From the NCBI GenBank assembly GCA_963921275.4, contig OZ001293.3, positions 160,001-224,000 on the forward strand: a stretch of 64,000 nt of DNA, read 5' to 3'. How positions within the stretch are numbered: position 1 is the stretch's first letter; each line of letters begins with the position of its first letter. The notes beneath the pieces were generated by a model. It ran no database searches. It had not been told where the DNA came from and worked only from the letters and a program-made list of their open reading frames with translations. The DNA is from an uncultured Hormoscilla sp. GTDB lineage: Bacteria; Cyanobacteriota; Cyanobacteriia; Cyanobacteriales; Desertifilaceae. Below are positions 20,585-30,489 of the stretch, one piece after another. The position numbers were made by a program, and so were the translations under genes.

Positions 20585-22348
20585 TCATTCTTCATCCAGA
20601 AGTGGTAAGCTGTAACCGATAACTTGATAAACTTGGCGTTGCTCGAACAGATCGACTAAGTCGCGGTTGATTTTGTTGGCGGCGGCTTCCTTACGCATGA
20701 TTTTCAGCACGGTTTCCACGGAGAAGGGGTCCTTGTAGGGGCGATCAGGGGCTGCCAGAGCGTCATAAATATCAGCAACAGTGATAATCTGAGTTTGAAT
20801 CGGAATGTCTGGCTGCTTCAGACCTCGGGGGTAGCTGCTGCCATCCAGCTTTTCGTGGTGACCATAGGCAATAATGGGAATATCTTGGAGATGGGGAGTC
20901 CAGGGAAGGCGTTTGAGAAATTCGTAGGAGTGAGTGACATGCGCTTGGATTGCCAACCGTTCTGCTGGCGTCAGATTCCCCTTAGTAATCATCAGCTGAG
21001 CCATTTCTTCTGATGATACCAGTGGTTTTATCTGACCATCGACATCCAGATAAGTGTATTCAGAAATTGCCCTCAGTTGCTCTTCTACCTCTGGAGGTTT
21101 TACCTCAGACTCGTGATTTTCCCACAGTTCCGGTTCATTAACTTTAAGTAGTAGCTCCCAATAAGAATTCAGTTGCTCAATAGTCTGGGTCACTTGGGTA
21201 TCTAGTCGATCTAGCTGATGGCAGTGAGGACATTCCCGATCGCCCCCGTGGGTAGGATGATCTAGTAGATACTTGAACTTAGCTTGAGCGCATTCCATTT
21301 CCAGGGTCCGTTGTGCTAGAGCAAACCTGTGACGAATCACCTCTAAATGTTCGGGATATAGTTTTTTTCGCTTCTGCAAAATCGCTTCAGGAACCCCGAG
21401 TTTGCCAAAGTCGTGCAACAGGGAAGCGTAGCGAATTTGCATGATTTGGCGATCGCTCAACTGAATCGACCTCATTGGTCCAGTGGTCACAGCATTAACT
21501 TCTTTGCTGAGGGTGACTGTGAGTTTCGCCACCCGTTCCGAATGACCAGAGGTGATCGGGTCTCGGGCTTCTATCAACTGAACAGACGCCTTGACAAAGC
21601 CTTCAAACAGGTTTTCTATACTTTCTTGCAGGTGATTTCGTTCAATGGAAATTGCTGCCATCGACGCCAGACTGCGGACTATGCGCTCTTCTGATTGAGA
21701 ATAAGGCTGTGTCACGAGTAGGGCATTCTTATCTGTGATTACCGCCTCTGGCCTTACCTTGCGATTCAGCAGTTGCAGCACACCTATGATCTGGCCATTC
21801 TGGTTTTGCATGGGCAGCACCAACACCGAGCAAGTGCGGTAAGAAAAGTCGCGGTCAAAATTGCGGTCCAGTTGATAGGGGACTTCTGGTGGTAAATTAT
21901 AGGCATCGGCCAAATTTAAGCTTTCACCCGTGATTGCCACATACCCGGCCAAGCTTTTGGGGGTTATCGGCATGGCAAACTCCCGAAAGGAGGCCGTGGG
22001 CAGAGAATCGTTTTGCGCTGCCTTGAATAGCAACATATGAGTTTCATCCCTGCGATCGAGCAGATATACACTCCCAGCGTCACTACAAGTAATTTCCCGA
22101 CTCTTCTGTAAAATTAAATTTAGTAATTCCCCCAAGTCATAGCTGCCCGAAAGCGCCGTCCCTACACCCAGCAGTTGCTCAATCAGTTCAGCCCTACGTT
22201 CTGATTCGAGCCAGTGCCAGTCATCTTGGTTAAATACAGTCCCGAGATGCAATCCATCCATTTTTTCCTCCCTCTCTTGGTAGACCGCAGTTTGGCTCCC
22301 TAACTGGCGATCGCCAGATCGGTTGCCATCGGAGAGCGCTATGACCAT
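20585..22348 (-). CDS. GAF + HD-GYP cyclic-di-GMP phosphodiesterase-like protein
   Basis: GAF domain; SGHSERV, LHDFGK, HHEKLDGSSYP, ADIYDAL, RPYK. Confidence 0.9.
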   Translation of the reverse strand: MVIALSDGNRSGDRQLGSQTAVYQEREEKMDGLHLGTVFNQDDWHWLESERRAELIEQLLGVGTALSGSYDLGELLNLILQKSREITCSDAGSVYLLDRRDETHMLLFKAAQNDSLPTASFREFAMPITPKSLAGYVAITGESLNLADAYNLPPEVPYQLDRNFDRDFSYRTCSVLVLPMQNQNGQIIGVLQLLNRKVRPEAVITDKNALLVTQPYSQSEERIVRSLASMAAISIERNHLQESIENLFEGFVKASVQLIEARDPITSGHSERVAKLTVTLSKEVNAVTTGPMRSIQLSDRQIMQIRYASLLHDFGKLGVPEAILQKRKKLYPEHLEVIRHRFALAQRTLEMECAQAKFKYLLDHPTHGGDRECPHCHQLDRLDTQVTQTIEQLNSYWELLLKVNEPELWENHESEVKPPEVEEQLRAISEYTYLDVDGQIKPLVSSEEMAQLMITKGNLTPAERLAIQAHVTHSYEFLKRLPWTPHLQDIPIIAYGHHEKLDGSSYPRGLKQPDIPIQTQIITVADIYDALAAPDRPYKDPFSVETVLKIMRKEAAANKINRDLVDLFEQRQVYQVIGYSLPLLDEE

Positions 22349-22559
22349 TATCCCTCATAGCCTAGGTAAAGGCATGTCAGTCAGCGATGCCTGAGGGGTT
22401 GCCTGCGTTGCATCCCGAAGGCCTCGAAGGTCAGCCGCGATGAATTTATCGTAGTCCTGCGGAGTCCAACCGTTCCAGGGAAGCCAAAATTAAACTTATT
22501 CTACCAACTTGCTTGAGTCGAGCGCTCTCACGCGGGGGAGAAAGTCCCCATAGAAAAAG

Positions 22560-22880
22560 TTAAACGGACAAGCTTCCTTGCCAGTGCGATCGCAGGGACT
22601 TTACCTGTTCGGATTCGCGGCGCGGCGGCGGCAAATCTTCGCCGCCTTCGCAAAAGGGATGGCATTTGCCCAGCCGCCGCAATGTCAGCCACAACGCCAG
22701 CGGCGACGGATGCGAACGAAAAACCGCTTTGGCGTATTCCGAACAAGTCGGCGAAAAACGGCAAGCGCCGCCCAGCCACGGCGACAATAAATATTGATAC
22801 GCCGCCAGCAGCCATCACGCCATGCGCCGCACGAGGGCATCGGCCTGTTGCGCAAATAATTTAAAAAATTTAATTAGCAT
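22560..22880 (-). pseudogene. yidD: Membrane protein insertion efficiency factor, in-frame TGA at 22815-22817; foreign origin
   Basis: MLIKFFKLF...RRMA*WLLAAYQYLLSPWLGGACRFSPTCSEY...RRLGKCHPFCEGGEDLPP. Confidence 0.85.
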
Positions 22881-23036
22881 GTATTTGATGGGTAATCCGC
22901 ACTTTTTGAATATTTGAATTTTACCCTGTTTGCCAAATTTTTGCGAATAACAAAAAATGCGGCAAATACAAATTATTTGTAATAAATTACTTGTCCGCTC
23001 AGAATATTTTTCCTGTTTTATGCTATACTTTTCCAT

Positions 23037-23651
23037 ATGGAACACTCAAAATTAACCGCGATTTTATCCCAAAAAGGATATTGTCATCTTGCGGCGCAAT
23101 CAGCCGGGCAGGTTCATGCTCTAATTGACGCTCTGGGCAGAGTTTTCTTTACCACCGATGTAAAGGTTGTGCCCAACAGCAAAGCATTGGTAACTTCCGC
23201 CCGGGCATTGGATGTGCATACCGACCACCATCGGGCGCATTGGATACTGTGGCATTGCCTGGAACAAACGGACATCGGCGGGGAGAGCGTTCTGGTGGAT
23301 GCCATTCAAGCGTATCGGACGCTCGCCCCCGCCGACCAGAAGATGCTTTCGCAGGTTATACTGCTGGAGCATAAAATTTTTGACAAAGGCATGGATTTCT
23401 GCCCGCTGTTGTGGAAAGATAATGGGGCACTGAAGTTCTATTATTCTTTCTGGCTGGCAAAGAAAGACATGCCGCAGGATCAGAAAACGGCTTTTGACGC
23501 TTTCCGAAAAGCCGTGGATGCCCAAGAACGGACCATAATCAAGCTGGGCCAAGGGGATGTGCTTATTGTCGCAAACCATAGAATTCTACATGGAAGACGG
23601 GCAATAGAAGGACACCAAAAACGGCTGCTGAAAAGATATTGGATAGAATAA
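23037..23651 (+). CDS. TauD/TfdA-like Fe(II)/2-oxoglutarate oxygenase
   Basis: HTD motif, GGESVLVD, GDVLIVANHRILHGR, RLLKRYWI. Confidence 0.8.
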   Translation: MEHSKLTAILSQKGYCHLAAQSAGQVHALIDALGRVFFTTDVKVVPNSKALVTSARALDVHTDHHRAHWILWHCLEQTDIGGESVLVDAIQAYRTLAPADQKMLSQVILLEHKIFDKGMDFCPLLWKDNGALKFYYSFWLAKKDMPQDQKTAFDAFRKAVDAQERTIIKLGQGDVLIVANHRILHGRRAIEGHQKRLLKRYWIE

Positions 23652-23771
23652 CCGGGAAATTTTTCCCTAACCGCCGCTTGGCGGCGGAAACCCCGCGCCT
23701 TAAAACTCATCAATACCGCCAAATCCCAAAAACATTTGTTAAAAGTTAAAATTTTTAGTAGAATGAAATCT

Positions 23772-23967
23772 CATTTTTGACACACATGGAGGACTAACCA
23801 TGACAACAACTCTTGTACTGCCGGAATCGCTCACCGGTGATCGCGTGGATTTTCTGCAAGCCAAGGGCATTTTTGATACACATGGAGGACTAACCATGAC
23901 AACAACTCTTGTACTGCCGGAATCGCTCACCGGTGATCGCGTGGATTTTCTGCAAGCCAAGGGCATT
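23772..23967 (+). repeat. 96-bp tandem duplication covering the RBS and first ~24 codons of the next gene
   Basis: CATTTTTGA(C/T)ACACATGGAGGACTAACCATGACAAC... at 23772 and 23868. Confidence 0.95.
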
Positions 23968-24401
23968 GACGAAGACATTGCTCGCGTCGATTTGGAGATG
24001 GTCAAAATGAAACTGGCCGAACCCGAAGAAGGCGCGGGCTGGAATGCTGAGCAAACCAACGATGCCGAAATCGAATACAAACGGTATTTGACGCTCTGCC
24101 GAAAATACCCGTACCCCAAGTATTCCATCGTGCCCAACAAAATTATGGACACCATGTGGCACTACCACATTCTGGATACGCGGGCCTATGTTAAAGATTC
24201 GGAAGCAATCTTGGCGGTTATTTTCACCATTTCCCGTACTTTGGCATGCGCGGCAAAGACGATGAGGAGCAGCTCAAATCGTCTTTTGAAAAGACCAAGC
24301 AATTGTACGAGTCTCTATTCGGCGAACCGATGGCACGGGAAGGTGAAAGTAACTGCTGGCATGATTGCGAAGATCGATGCTGGCATGCGTGCTCGGACTA
24401 A
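23800..24401 (+). CDS. DUF1399/glycine-rich-domain-like protein with CWHDCEDRCWHACSD tail; one-base frameshift at ~24211
   Basis: EYKRYLTL, VPNKIMDTMWHYHILDTRAY; restoring one T gives FGGYFHHFPYFG...YESLFGEP...NCWHDCEDRCWHACSD*. Confidence 0.7.
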
Positions 24402-24454
24402 ATAAAAATGCGGCGCATTTTTATTTAAATTTTCCCGTATTGACATCCCGCCGA

Positions 24455-24560
24455 TTATTGCCGCCGCCACTGCGTTGCGCTGGCGGCATCTTCCAGCACA
24501 ATGCCGGCATCGGCCAATTGTTTGCGAATAGAATCGGCGGCGGCAAAATCGCGCCGCACC
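24455..24560 (-). pseudogene. cysS: 3' fragment of a foreign cysteinyl-tRNA synthetase
   Basis: RRDFAAADSIRKQLADAGIVLEDAASATQWRRQ* matches the CysS C-terminus. Confidence 0.75.
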
Positions 24561-24802
24561 GCATCTCTATTCTCAAACTCAAACATACTTATACTCAAGA
24601 GGTTTTCAATTGACAAGCAATCTGTTCTTTTTTGTAGTCGTAGGCAGATTTTCAAACCCAAATCAATTCGCAGAGAACAATGTTATTGATTAAACAATAT
24701 TCTCCATCAGCAACCATTTTTTCTATGAATTGGGATGCTTTTTCACTCGGGGTCATCCTGTACTAAATAGCGTACCAGAACATTAGTATCTATTCCTTTC
24801 AT
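24556..24802 (-). pseudogene. VapC PIN toxin, broken and truncated at the foreign island
   Basis: MKGIDTNVLVRYLVQDDP...NNIVLCELIWV*...FEFENRDAVR. Confidence 0.75.
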
Positions 24803-25047
24803 TGCAGTTTTTCGCATACCCGTTGTTTTACTGCCGCATTCATCGCTTCTATGGAGATGGATTCCATGCCCTCGCGGTGTAGTATTCCTTTGAGAGACTG
24901 CACCTGGATCTTGGCCGGTTGGACTATCACCCGCCCGTCCGAGTCAATGATGAAGTCAATGGTATCTCGGGGGTTGAGTTTGAGGAAGTCTATGATCTCT
25001 CTGGGCACAGTAGTTTGCCCTGACTCAGCGATCGTAGCAATTGGCAT
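24799..25047 (-). CDS. AbrB/MazE-family antitoxin
   Basis: ATIAESGQTTVPREIIDFLKLNPRDTIDF; ATGA overlap with vapC. Confidence 0.85.
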   Translation of the reverse strand: MPIATIAESGQTTVPREIIDFLKLNPRDTIDFIIDSDGRVIVQPAKIQVQSLKGILHREGMESISIEAMNAAVKQRVCEKLQ

Positions 25048-25402
25048 TTTACTTTTCCTGACCAGTTGTTCTTTCCTTTATTCTAAACCATAACTAGAAG
25101 GATATCAATTTTGTTAACTGCAAAAGTTGGTGTAAGTCTAGGACATCTGTCAAGTATTGGCAGAAACCGGTTTTTTTGTCATGGGAACGACGAGTATTAA
25201 TGCCCTATGACTTGATAAACCCGGTTTCTTAACCGATTCCTTCTGGGTTCTTGCTTTGTCTCACGTGCGATCGCGGCTATCCATTTTATATTATATCACA
25301 GGGTTCAAAACTGATGTATAAATTAGCGGAGGCCATCTGAACCAAGAGCCCAGAAACCAGGTTTTCCGCAAAAACCTGGTTTCTTAATTCATATATATGC
25401 GC

Positions 25403-25798
25403 TCAATTAAGTTTGGCAATCAATTGTTCTACTCGTTCCTTAATTTCATCCCGAACCCGGTGAAAGGTTTCCATCGGTTGCCCGTCGGGGTCGTCTAATT
25501 GCCAATCTTCAAAGATTTCTCGCATCACCCAAGCTTCTGGCAAGTTGACGCCGCAGCCACACAGAGAAATTACGGCATCGTACTCTTCCGGGTTAAAATC
25601 AGTTAATGGCTTAGAAGTCTGGTCGCTGATATCAATTTCAATTTCATCCATGACTTGAATGGCTGTAGGATGAACTCTGCTGGCTTCTAGTCCGGAACTG
25701 GTAACGGCAATTTGGCCCGTTCCTAGCTGACGAGCAAATCCTTCTGCCATCTGAGAACGACAGCTGTTTCTCTTGCAAACAAACATGACTTTTTTCAT
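25403..25798 (-). CDS. arsC: Arsenate reductase (LMW-PTP fold)
   Basis: VCKRNSCRSQMAEG, SLCGCG, DDPDG. Confidence 0.92.
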   Translation of the reverse strand: MKKVMFVCKRNSCRSQMAEGFARQLGTGQIAVTSSGLEASRVHPTAIQVMDEIEIDISDQTSKPLTDFNPEEYDAVISLCGCGVNLPEAWVMREIFEDWQLDDPDGQPMETFHRVRDEIKERVEQLIAKLN

Positions 25799-25818
25799 TT
25801 TTGTCTTCCATTAAACAA

Positions 25819-26535
25819 TTATTTTATATCCCGAAATCCATGGGAAAGTTGCCCATAGAATATCACTGCTAATTGGGCTCCTAAAATGGGGGCTACCCAA
25901 TAAACCCAATGATGCTGCCAAATGCTCGCAACTACGGCGGGACCGAGCGATCGGGCTGGGTTCATGCTGGCTCCGGTAATTGGCCCCATACAGGTGGCTT
26001 CTAATCCGACTGTTAGCCCGATCGCTATCCCGGCAAAACCATTCGGAGAGCGGCGATCGAGCCCACTTCCTAAGATAACAAACATCAGGATAAAGGTGAG
26101 AATTGTTTCCAGGACTAATGCTTGCCACCAGTTCCCATTTAATGGTTGGGTGGCGCCCAGATCGGCTACGGCACCTAGGGTGAGCAGCAGTAAGGCCGAA
26201 GCGGCGATCGCTCCTAGGCATTGAGCCAAGATATAGGGTAGTACCTTGCGGGTGGGAAAAAAGCCACTTGACCAGAGACCTAGGGTTACAGCTGGGTTAA
26301 TATGCGCTCCGCTGATGTGCCCTGTGGTATAAATTAAAGCGGCTACCACTGCCCCAAACACGAAGCTGATGCCCAGATGAGTCAAGGCTCCATCTGCTAT
26401 CTGATTTACCATCACAGCACCCGTGCCCACAAACACTAAAACGAAAGTGTCTATGGCCTCTACCACTGCCTCTTGCCAGCAATGGGAAACCGCGTTCCAC
26501 AGATTCTTTTTAATTCCCTGTTTTTTCCCGATCAC
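25819..26535 (-). CDS. MIP-family aquaglyceroporin (probable arsenite channel)
   Basis: SGAHINPAV and GASMNPARS motifs; adjacent to arsC. Confidence 0.88.
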   Translation of the reverse strand: MIGKKQGIKKNLWNAVSHCWQEAVVEAIDTFVLVFVGTGAVMVNQIADGALTHLGISFVFGAVVAALIYTTGHISGAHINPAVTLGLWSSGFFPTRKVLPYILAQCLGAIAASALLLLTLGAVADLGATQPLNGNWWQALVLETILTFILMFVILGSGLDRRSPNGFAGIAIGLTVGLEATCMGPITGASMNPARSLGPAVVASIWQHHWVYWVAPILGAQLAVIFYGQLSHGFRDIK

Positions 26536-26654
26536 GATGTTATTCTTTCCCTGTCAATGAACAGCAAATTATACCATTTGAATTTAATCATGATACAGTT
26601 AGTAGCAACACCTCAATTATCTCATAACCCTGTTGCCGATCCCCCCCAACCGGT

Positions 26655-26706
26655 AGCAGGGAGCAGGGAGCAGGGAGCAGGGAGCAGGGAGCAAGGAGCA
26701 GGGAGC
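26655..26706. repeat. AGCAGGG heptamer tandem repeat (~7 copies)
   Basis: Direct reading. Confidence 0.85.
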
Positions 26707-26799
26707 TTTGAGAAATGTTAAGAAATATGTGAGTAAGGCATAGCTTATTAAGGGGGGTTTGGGGGGATCTTAACTGTTTCATCGCCAATAAAATTTGTA

Positions 26800-27100
26800 T
26801 TATCTACTTAAAACTCTGCTTGTTTTTTCAACACTTCTCCAATGGTCAGGTCTGACATGGCTGCGCCACGCTACGCGATCTGACTTGCCCCCATATACTG
26901 TTCACCTTCACTTGATAAAAATTATGGTAGAGCAAGTTATAACTGCGTGTGAAGAAAGGCACGTAGCGACATCATTTACTACTCCCGGTGCGTTTTTCAT
27001 GTAAAAATCCACGAAATCTACTATCGCTGGGTTGTTCTGAGCAACTTCGGCATTGATGTAGATAGACAGTGGGCGGGCCAGGGATTGATAAGTACCCCGG
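26800..27100 (-). pseudogene. C-terminal remnant of a PstS-like phosphate-binding protein
   Basis: GTYQSLARPLSIYINAEVAQNNPAIVDFVDFYMKNAPGVVNDV, then decays. Confidence 0.6.
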
Positions 27101-27212
27101 CTGCAAGACCCAGAAACCAGGTATATGGGAAAAACCTGGTTTCTTAATTCAAACCACCTTATCGCTTTTATTCCTCGAATAAAGGCGATCGCCCTCTAAT
27201 CTTCAGCGATCT

Positions 27213-28403
27213 TTAACAACAGCTGCTTTCTGGCCCACAGCAATCACTTGCATCCTTATTCACCCGATAATTCATTCCTTTAGTTTCCCGGGGGTGGCGG
27301 ATGCTGGGGCGAGAACAATCAAATACTCCCGCCTTTTCTAAAGGAATCTCTACATAGGGTTCTACGGGCAAGAAATCGCCATTATATGGATCATTAGGGT
27401 TAGTCAAGATGTGGAAAGTCTTGTCACAAACTGCTGTCCGCTTGCCCCGCTCGTAAGTATGTCCGTCATCATCCAACACCTGTTTCCAAGGTCCAGTATA
27501 AATCACTGCCTGATTCCGTTCCCAGCAAGGACCATCCTTCCCCTTAAAAGCTTGCACCGTCACAGAACGAAATTAAATTCCGTCAATCACTTGCCAAGGT
27601 TCCGACTGGCGGCTGAGAATTTCCATCCCATAAAAACCCGCTTGTGCAAACATTTCCACAAACGCATCTTCCCGGAAAGCACCCGCAATACAGCTACTCC
27701 ACAGTTGCGGGTCATTGATAATTTCCGCAGTCGGGTCTTCATCGCAGACAATATCAGAAATCACGGCCCGTCCACCCCGTTTCAGGACGCGATATATTTC
27801 GGCAAACAGCTGTTTTTTATCTTGGGGACGCACCAAATTTAACACGCAATTAGAAACTACCACGTCAACGCTATTATCTGCGATCAGGGGCTGTTCTTGC
27901 CGCAGCCGATCGCATTCGGCCTCAAGCTTGGCCACATCTTCGATCGAAGTAATCGGATGTTCGGACAACCACCGTTGTACCGCCTCTAAATCCAAAGCCA
28001 AGTCTTGAATTTTTCCCTTGAAAAACCGCACATTATGGTATCCAATCTGTTTGGCAATATTATCTTGATATTTCTTGGCCAAGGTCAGCATTTCATCATT
28101 GAAATCAACCCCGATCGCCTTGCCCTGCGGACCCACTTTCTGAGCTAAAATATAGCAAATCTTGCCCGAACCAGAACCCAAATCCACCACCGTTTCGCCT
28201 GGCTTGACGTAGCGACTGGGGTCGCCACAACCATAATCTTTCTCAATGATTTCTGCTGGCAGGATATCCAGATATTCGCTCTCGTATTTAGTAGGGCAAC
28301 ACAGACCATCCTCTACCTGACGCGCACCTGCTTGGTAACGCTCTAACACAGTGCTTTCGATATCATAGGCAGTTGTTGGCATTTCAGTCAAACTTTCCAT
28401 CAT
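27213..28403 (-). pseudogene. arsM: Arsenite methyltransferase-like protein, in-frame TAA at 27573-27575
   Basis: LCCP, DYGCGDP, VDLGSGSG, SNCVLNL, CIAGA, AVCDKT, C-terminal CC; both ORFs are in the same frame. Confidence 0.75.
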
Positions 28404-28824
28404 TGTTCTCTCTTTTGGACAATTATATCCTACAATTGCTATTTTACTAGTAAATTATGGCTAGATTAATTTTTCCTGAAAATTCGCGAGCAGCAGTTAA
28501 GAATAAGCTGAGCTGCGGTTAATATCGAGCACCTTCGACTGCTTTTGCAGATGGTCGCACGGCACCTTTGCCTCGGTCGGGTGCATCTTTGTCAATTGAG
28601 AATTGTTGATGATTTTTCATGACCTTCGCAATTAGCTCGGTTATATTTGCAATAATCGGTTTTCATTTGCAAAGACAAAGGTGAGATGCTCCTTTTGCGC
28701 CTCCCGTACGATCTACTGTTGCTATTATCTCAAGAGTTTTATTATGTTTGTCGGAACCGCCGTTCGCGCTAGCGTGGCGCCAGCTACTCTAATTATATCA
28801 AGTTTTTTACATATCAAGTTAAGG

Positions 28825-29069
28825 GACTCTTCGGTACTTACTATGGTATTTTATGAGGCCATTGATGATGTAAGGCTTGCAGTGCAAAGGAAAGATGCTA
28901 TAAACTTACTTTTTTTGATAATTATTGGGCGATGTCACTTGACAAGGGTGATATTCTATTTAGACACCCTTGTCAAGTGACCTTGTTGCTTGATTCGCCA
29001 AAACCTTGCGTAGCAATACTTTAGGGGCTTTTTCACGGCTAGATATAGCTTCCCTTGTACCGAAGAGCC
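28825..29069. mobile_element. ISL3-type MITE (245 bp)
   Basis: TIRs GACTCTTCGGTAC / GTACCGAAGAGCC; 8-bp target duplication AGTTAAGG at 28817 and 29070; internal 17-bp hairpin at ~28935-28981. Confidence 0.85.
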
Positions 29070-29178
29070 AGTTAAGGAAAGTTTAAGACTTGCCGGGTTA
29101 ACCCTAGGTTTGTAGTGATCCACTGTACTTTACGGCTACTCTCCGGCAAAGGACTAAAGTCCTTACTACGAACGGCAG

Positions 29179-29511
29179 TCATAAATCAGATGGGGAGACG
29201 AGGCGATTTGTCAAGCGTTGGATGACCAGTTGCACTGCTAAAGCTAACAGACCCAGGGTCGCGATCGCAAAAATTCCGGTTCCCAAGGCACTCAGACCGA
29301 CTATCAGGGTACGAACGGCGGCAGCAATATTGAGAGTAATGGGGTTGGTGGAGTGGATGGGTTTGTCAGCGAAGTTCTGAGCAATAGATGCCGTGAGCAA
29401 ATAAAAAGCAGTGGCGCAGGCCCCACTGATAACTGCGCCACTGATGCAGCGCCAGGGACTCGTCTTGTCTGGCGCTGTCGGAGATTCTGTTTTTGGGTTC
29501 TTCTCAGTCAT
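29179..29511 (-). CDS. DUF3082 membrane protein
   Basis: SPWRCISGAVISG...NIAAAVRTLIVGL; downstream of ispE. Confidence 0.8.
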   Translation of the reverse strand: MTEKNPKTESPTAPDKTSPWRCISGAVISGACATAFYLLTASIAQNFADKPIHSTNPITLNIAAAVRTLIVGLSALGTGIFAIATLGLLALAVQLVIQRLTNRLVSPSDL

Positions 29512-29526
29512 TGGTCACAACTTGGA

Positions 29527-30471
29527 TTATTTTGCTATCCGAATGCCTGTGGGGGTAAACTTGGTTACCCACAGATCTAACTCAGGGTCGGAAATTGCCT
29601 GCTTTACAGTTTCCTTTACTAATTGGGCCTGTTCTGGGGTTTCTGTCAGAGCAAAGATGGTGGGACCAGACCCGGACATAATTGTCCCCAATACCCCCGC
29701 TTGCTCAAATGCTGCTTTCAGTTGCATTAACTGCGGATATTCGGGAAAGACTACTCGCTCAAAGTCGTTGTGCAGTAACTTGCCGATTTGGGTACTATCA
29801 AAATGGGCGATCGCCCTTACCATCGGACCGGAATGGACTTTTTCCCAGCAGGCTGCTAAACTTTGGGCATCTGTAATGTAACAATCGCTCTCATTTTCCC
29901 GGTAGGTTTGATATGCCCAAGGGGTAGAGATCGTCAGATTACGGTATTTTGCCAAGACTACATAGATACTATCTAGATCTGGTAAGGGAGAGAGCTTTTC
30001 TCCCCGTCCCGTGGCCAGTGCTGTCCCACCCATAACACAGAATGGTACGTCCGATCCTAACTGGGCTGCTAAAGTTTGTAATTCTGCTTGAGTTAGTCCC
30101 AACTGCCAAATTAAATCTAAGCCCACCAGGACCCCTGCGGCATTAGTGGACCCCCCTGCTAGTCCCGCTGCTACGGGTATTTGTTTGTCTATGGTAATGT
30201 CAATGCCTCCATATTTGGCAAAGGCGTCCGGGAATTCGGTTTTCATCAGTTCGGCGGCCCGGTAGGCCAGGTTCGTGCGATCGGACGGCACTTGGGGATG
30301 GTCGCAATGGACGCGAATGCTATCATTGCCAGACAGACGCAAATCGATTTTATCAACCAGGTCGATGCTTTGGAAGACTGTCGCCAGTTCGTGATAGCCG
30401 TCGGACCGCGAGCCAATAATTTCCAGATACAGATTTATCTTCGCAGCAGCTTCTAAAGAGTAAGAGTGCAT
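29527..30471 (-). CDS. ispE: 4-diphosphocytidyl-2-C-methyl-D-erythritol kinase
   Basis: AKINLYL, KQIPVAAGLAGGS, GSDVPF, MSGSGPT. Confidence 0.95.
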   Translation of the reverse strand: MHSYSLEAAAKINLYLEIIGSRSDGYHELATVFQSIDLVDKIDLRLSGNDSIRVHCDHPQVPSDRTNLAYRAAELMKTEFPDAFAKYGGIDITIDKQIPVAAGLAGGSTNAAGVLVGLDLIWQLGLTQAELQTLAAQLGSDVPFCVMGGTALATGRGEKLSPLPDLDSIYVVLAKYRNLTISTPWAYQTYRENESDCYITDAQSLAACWEKVHSGPMVRAIAHFDSTQIGKLLHNDFERVVFPEYPQLMQLKAAFEQAGVLGTIMSGSGPTIFALTETPEQAQLVKETVKQAISDPELDLWVTKFTPTGIRIAK

Positions 30472-30489
30472 GATGATTAGTGAGCTGAA

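Noticed and set aside
22360..22490. c-di-GMP riboswitch upstream of the HD-GYP gene
   Set aside because: GC-rich, but I could not match the class I or class II consensus by eye
22815..22817. TGA recoding (selenocysteine or alternative code) in yidD
   Set aside because: Single case in a hydrophobic helix; island genes use TGG for Trp; a simple nonsense mutation is more likely
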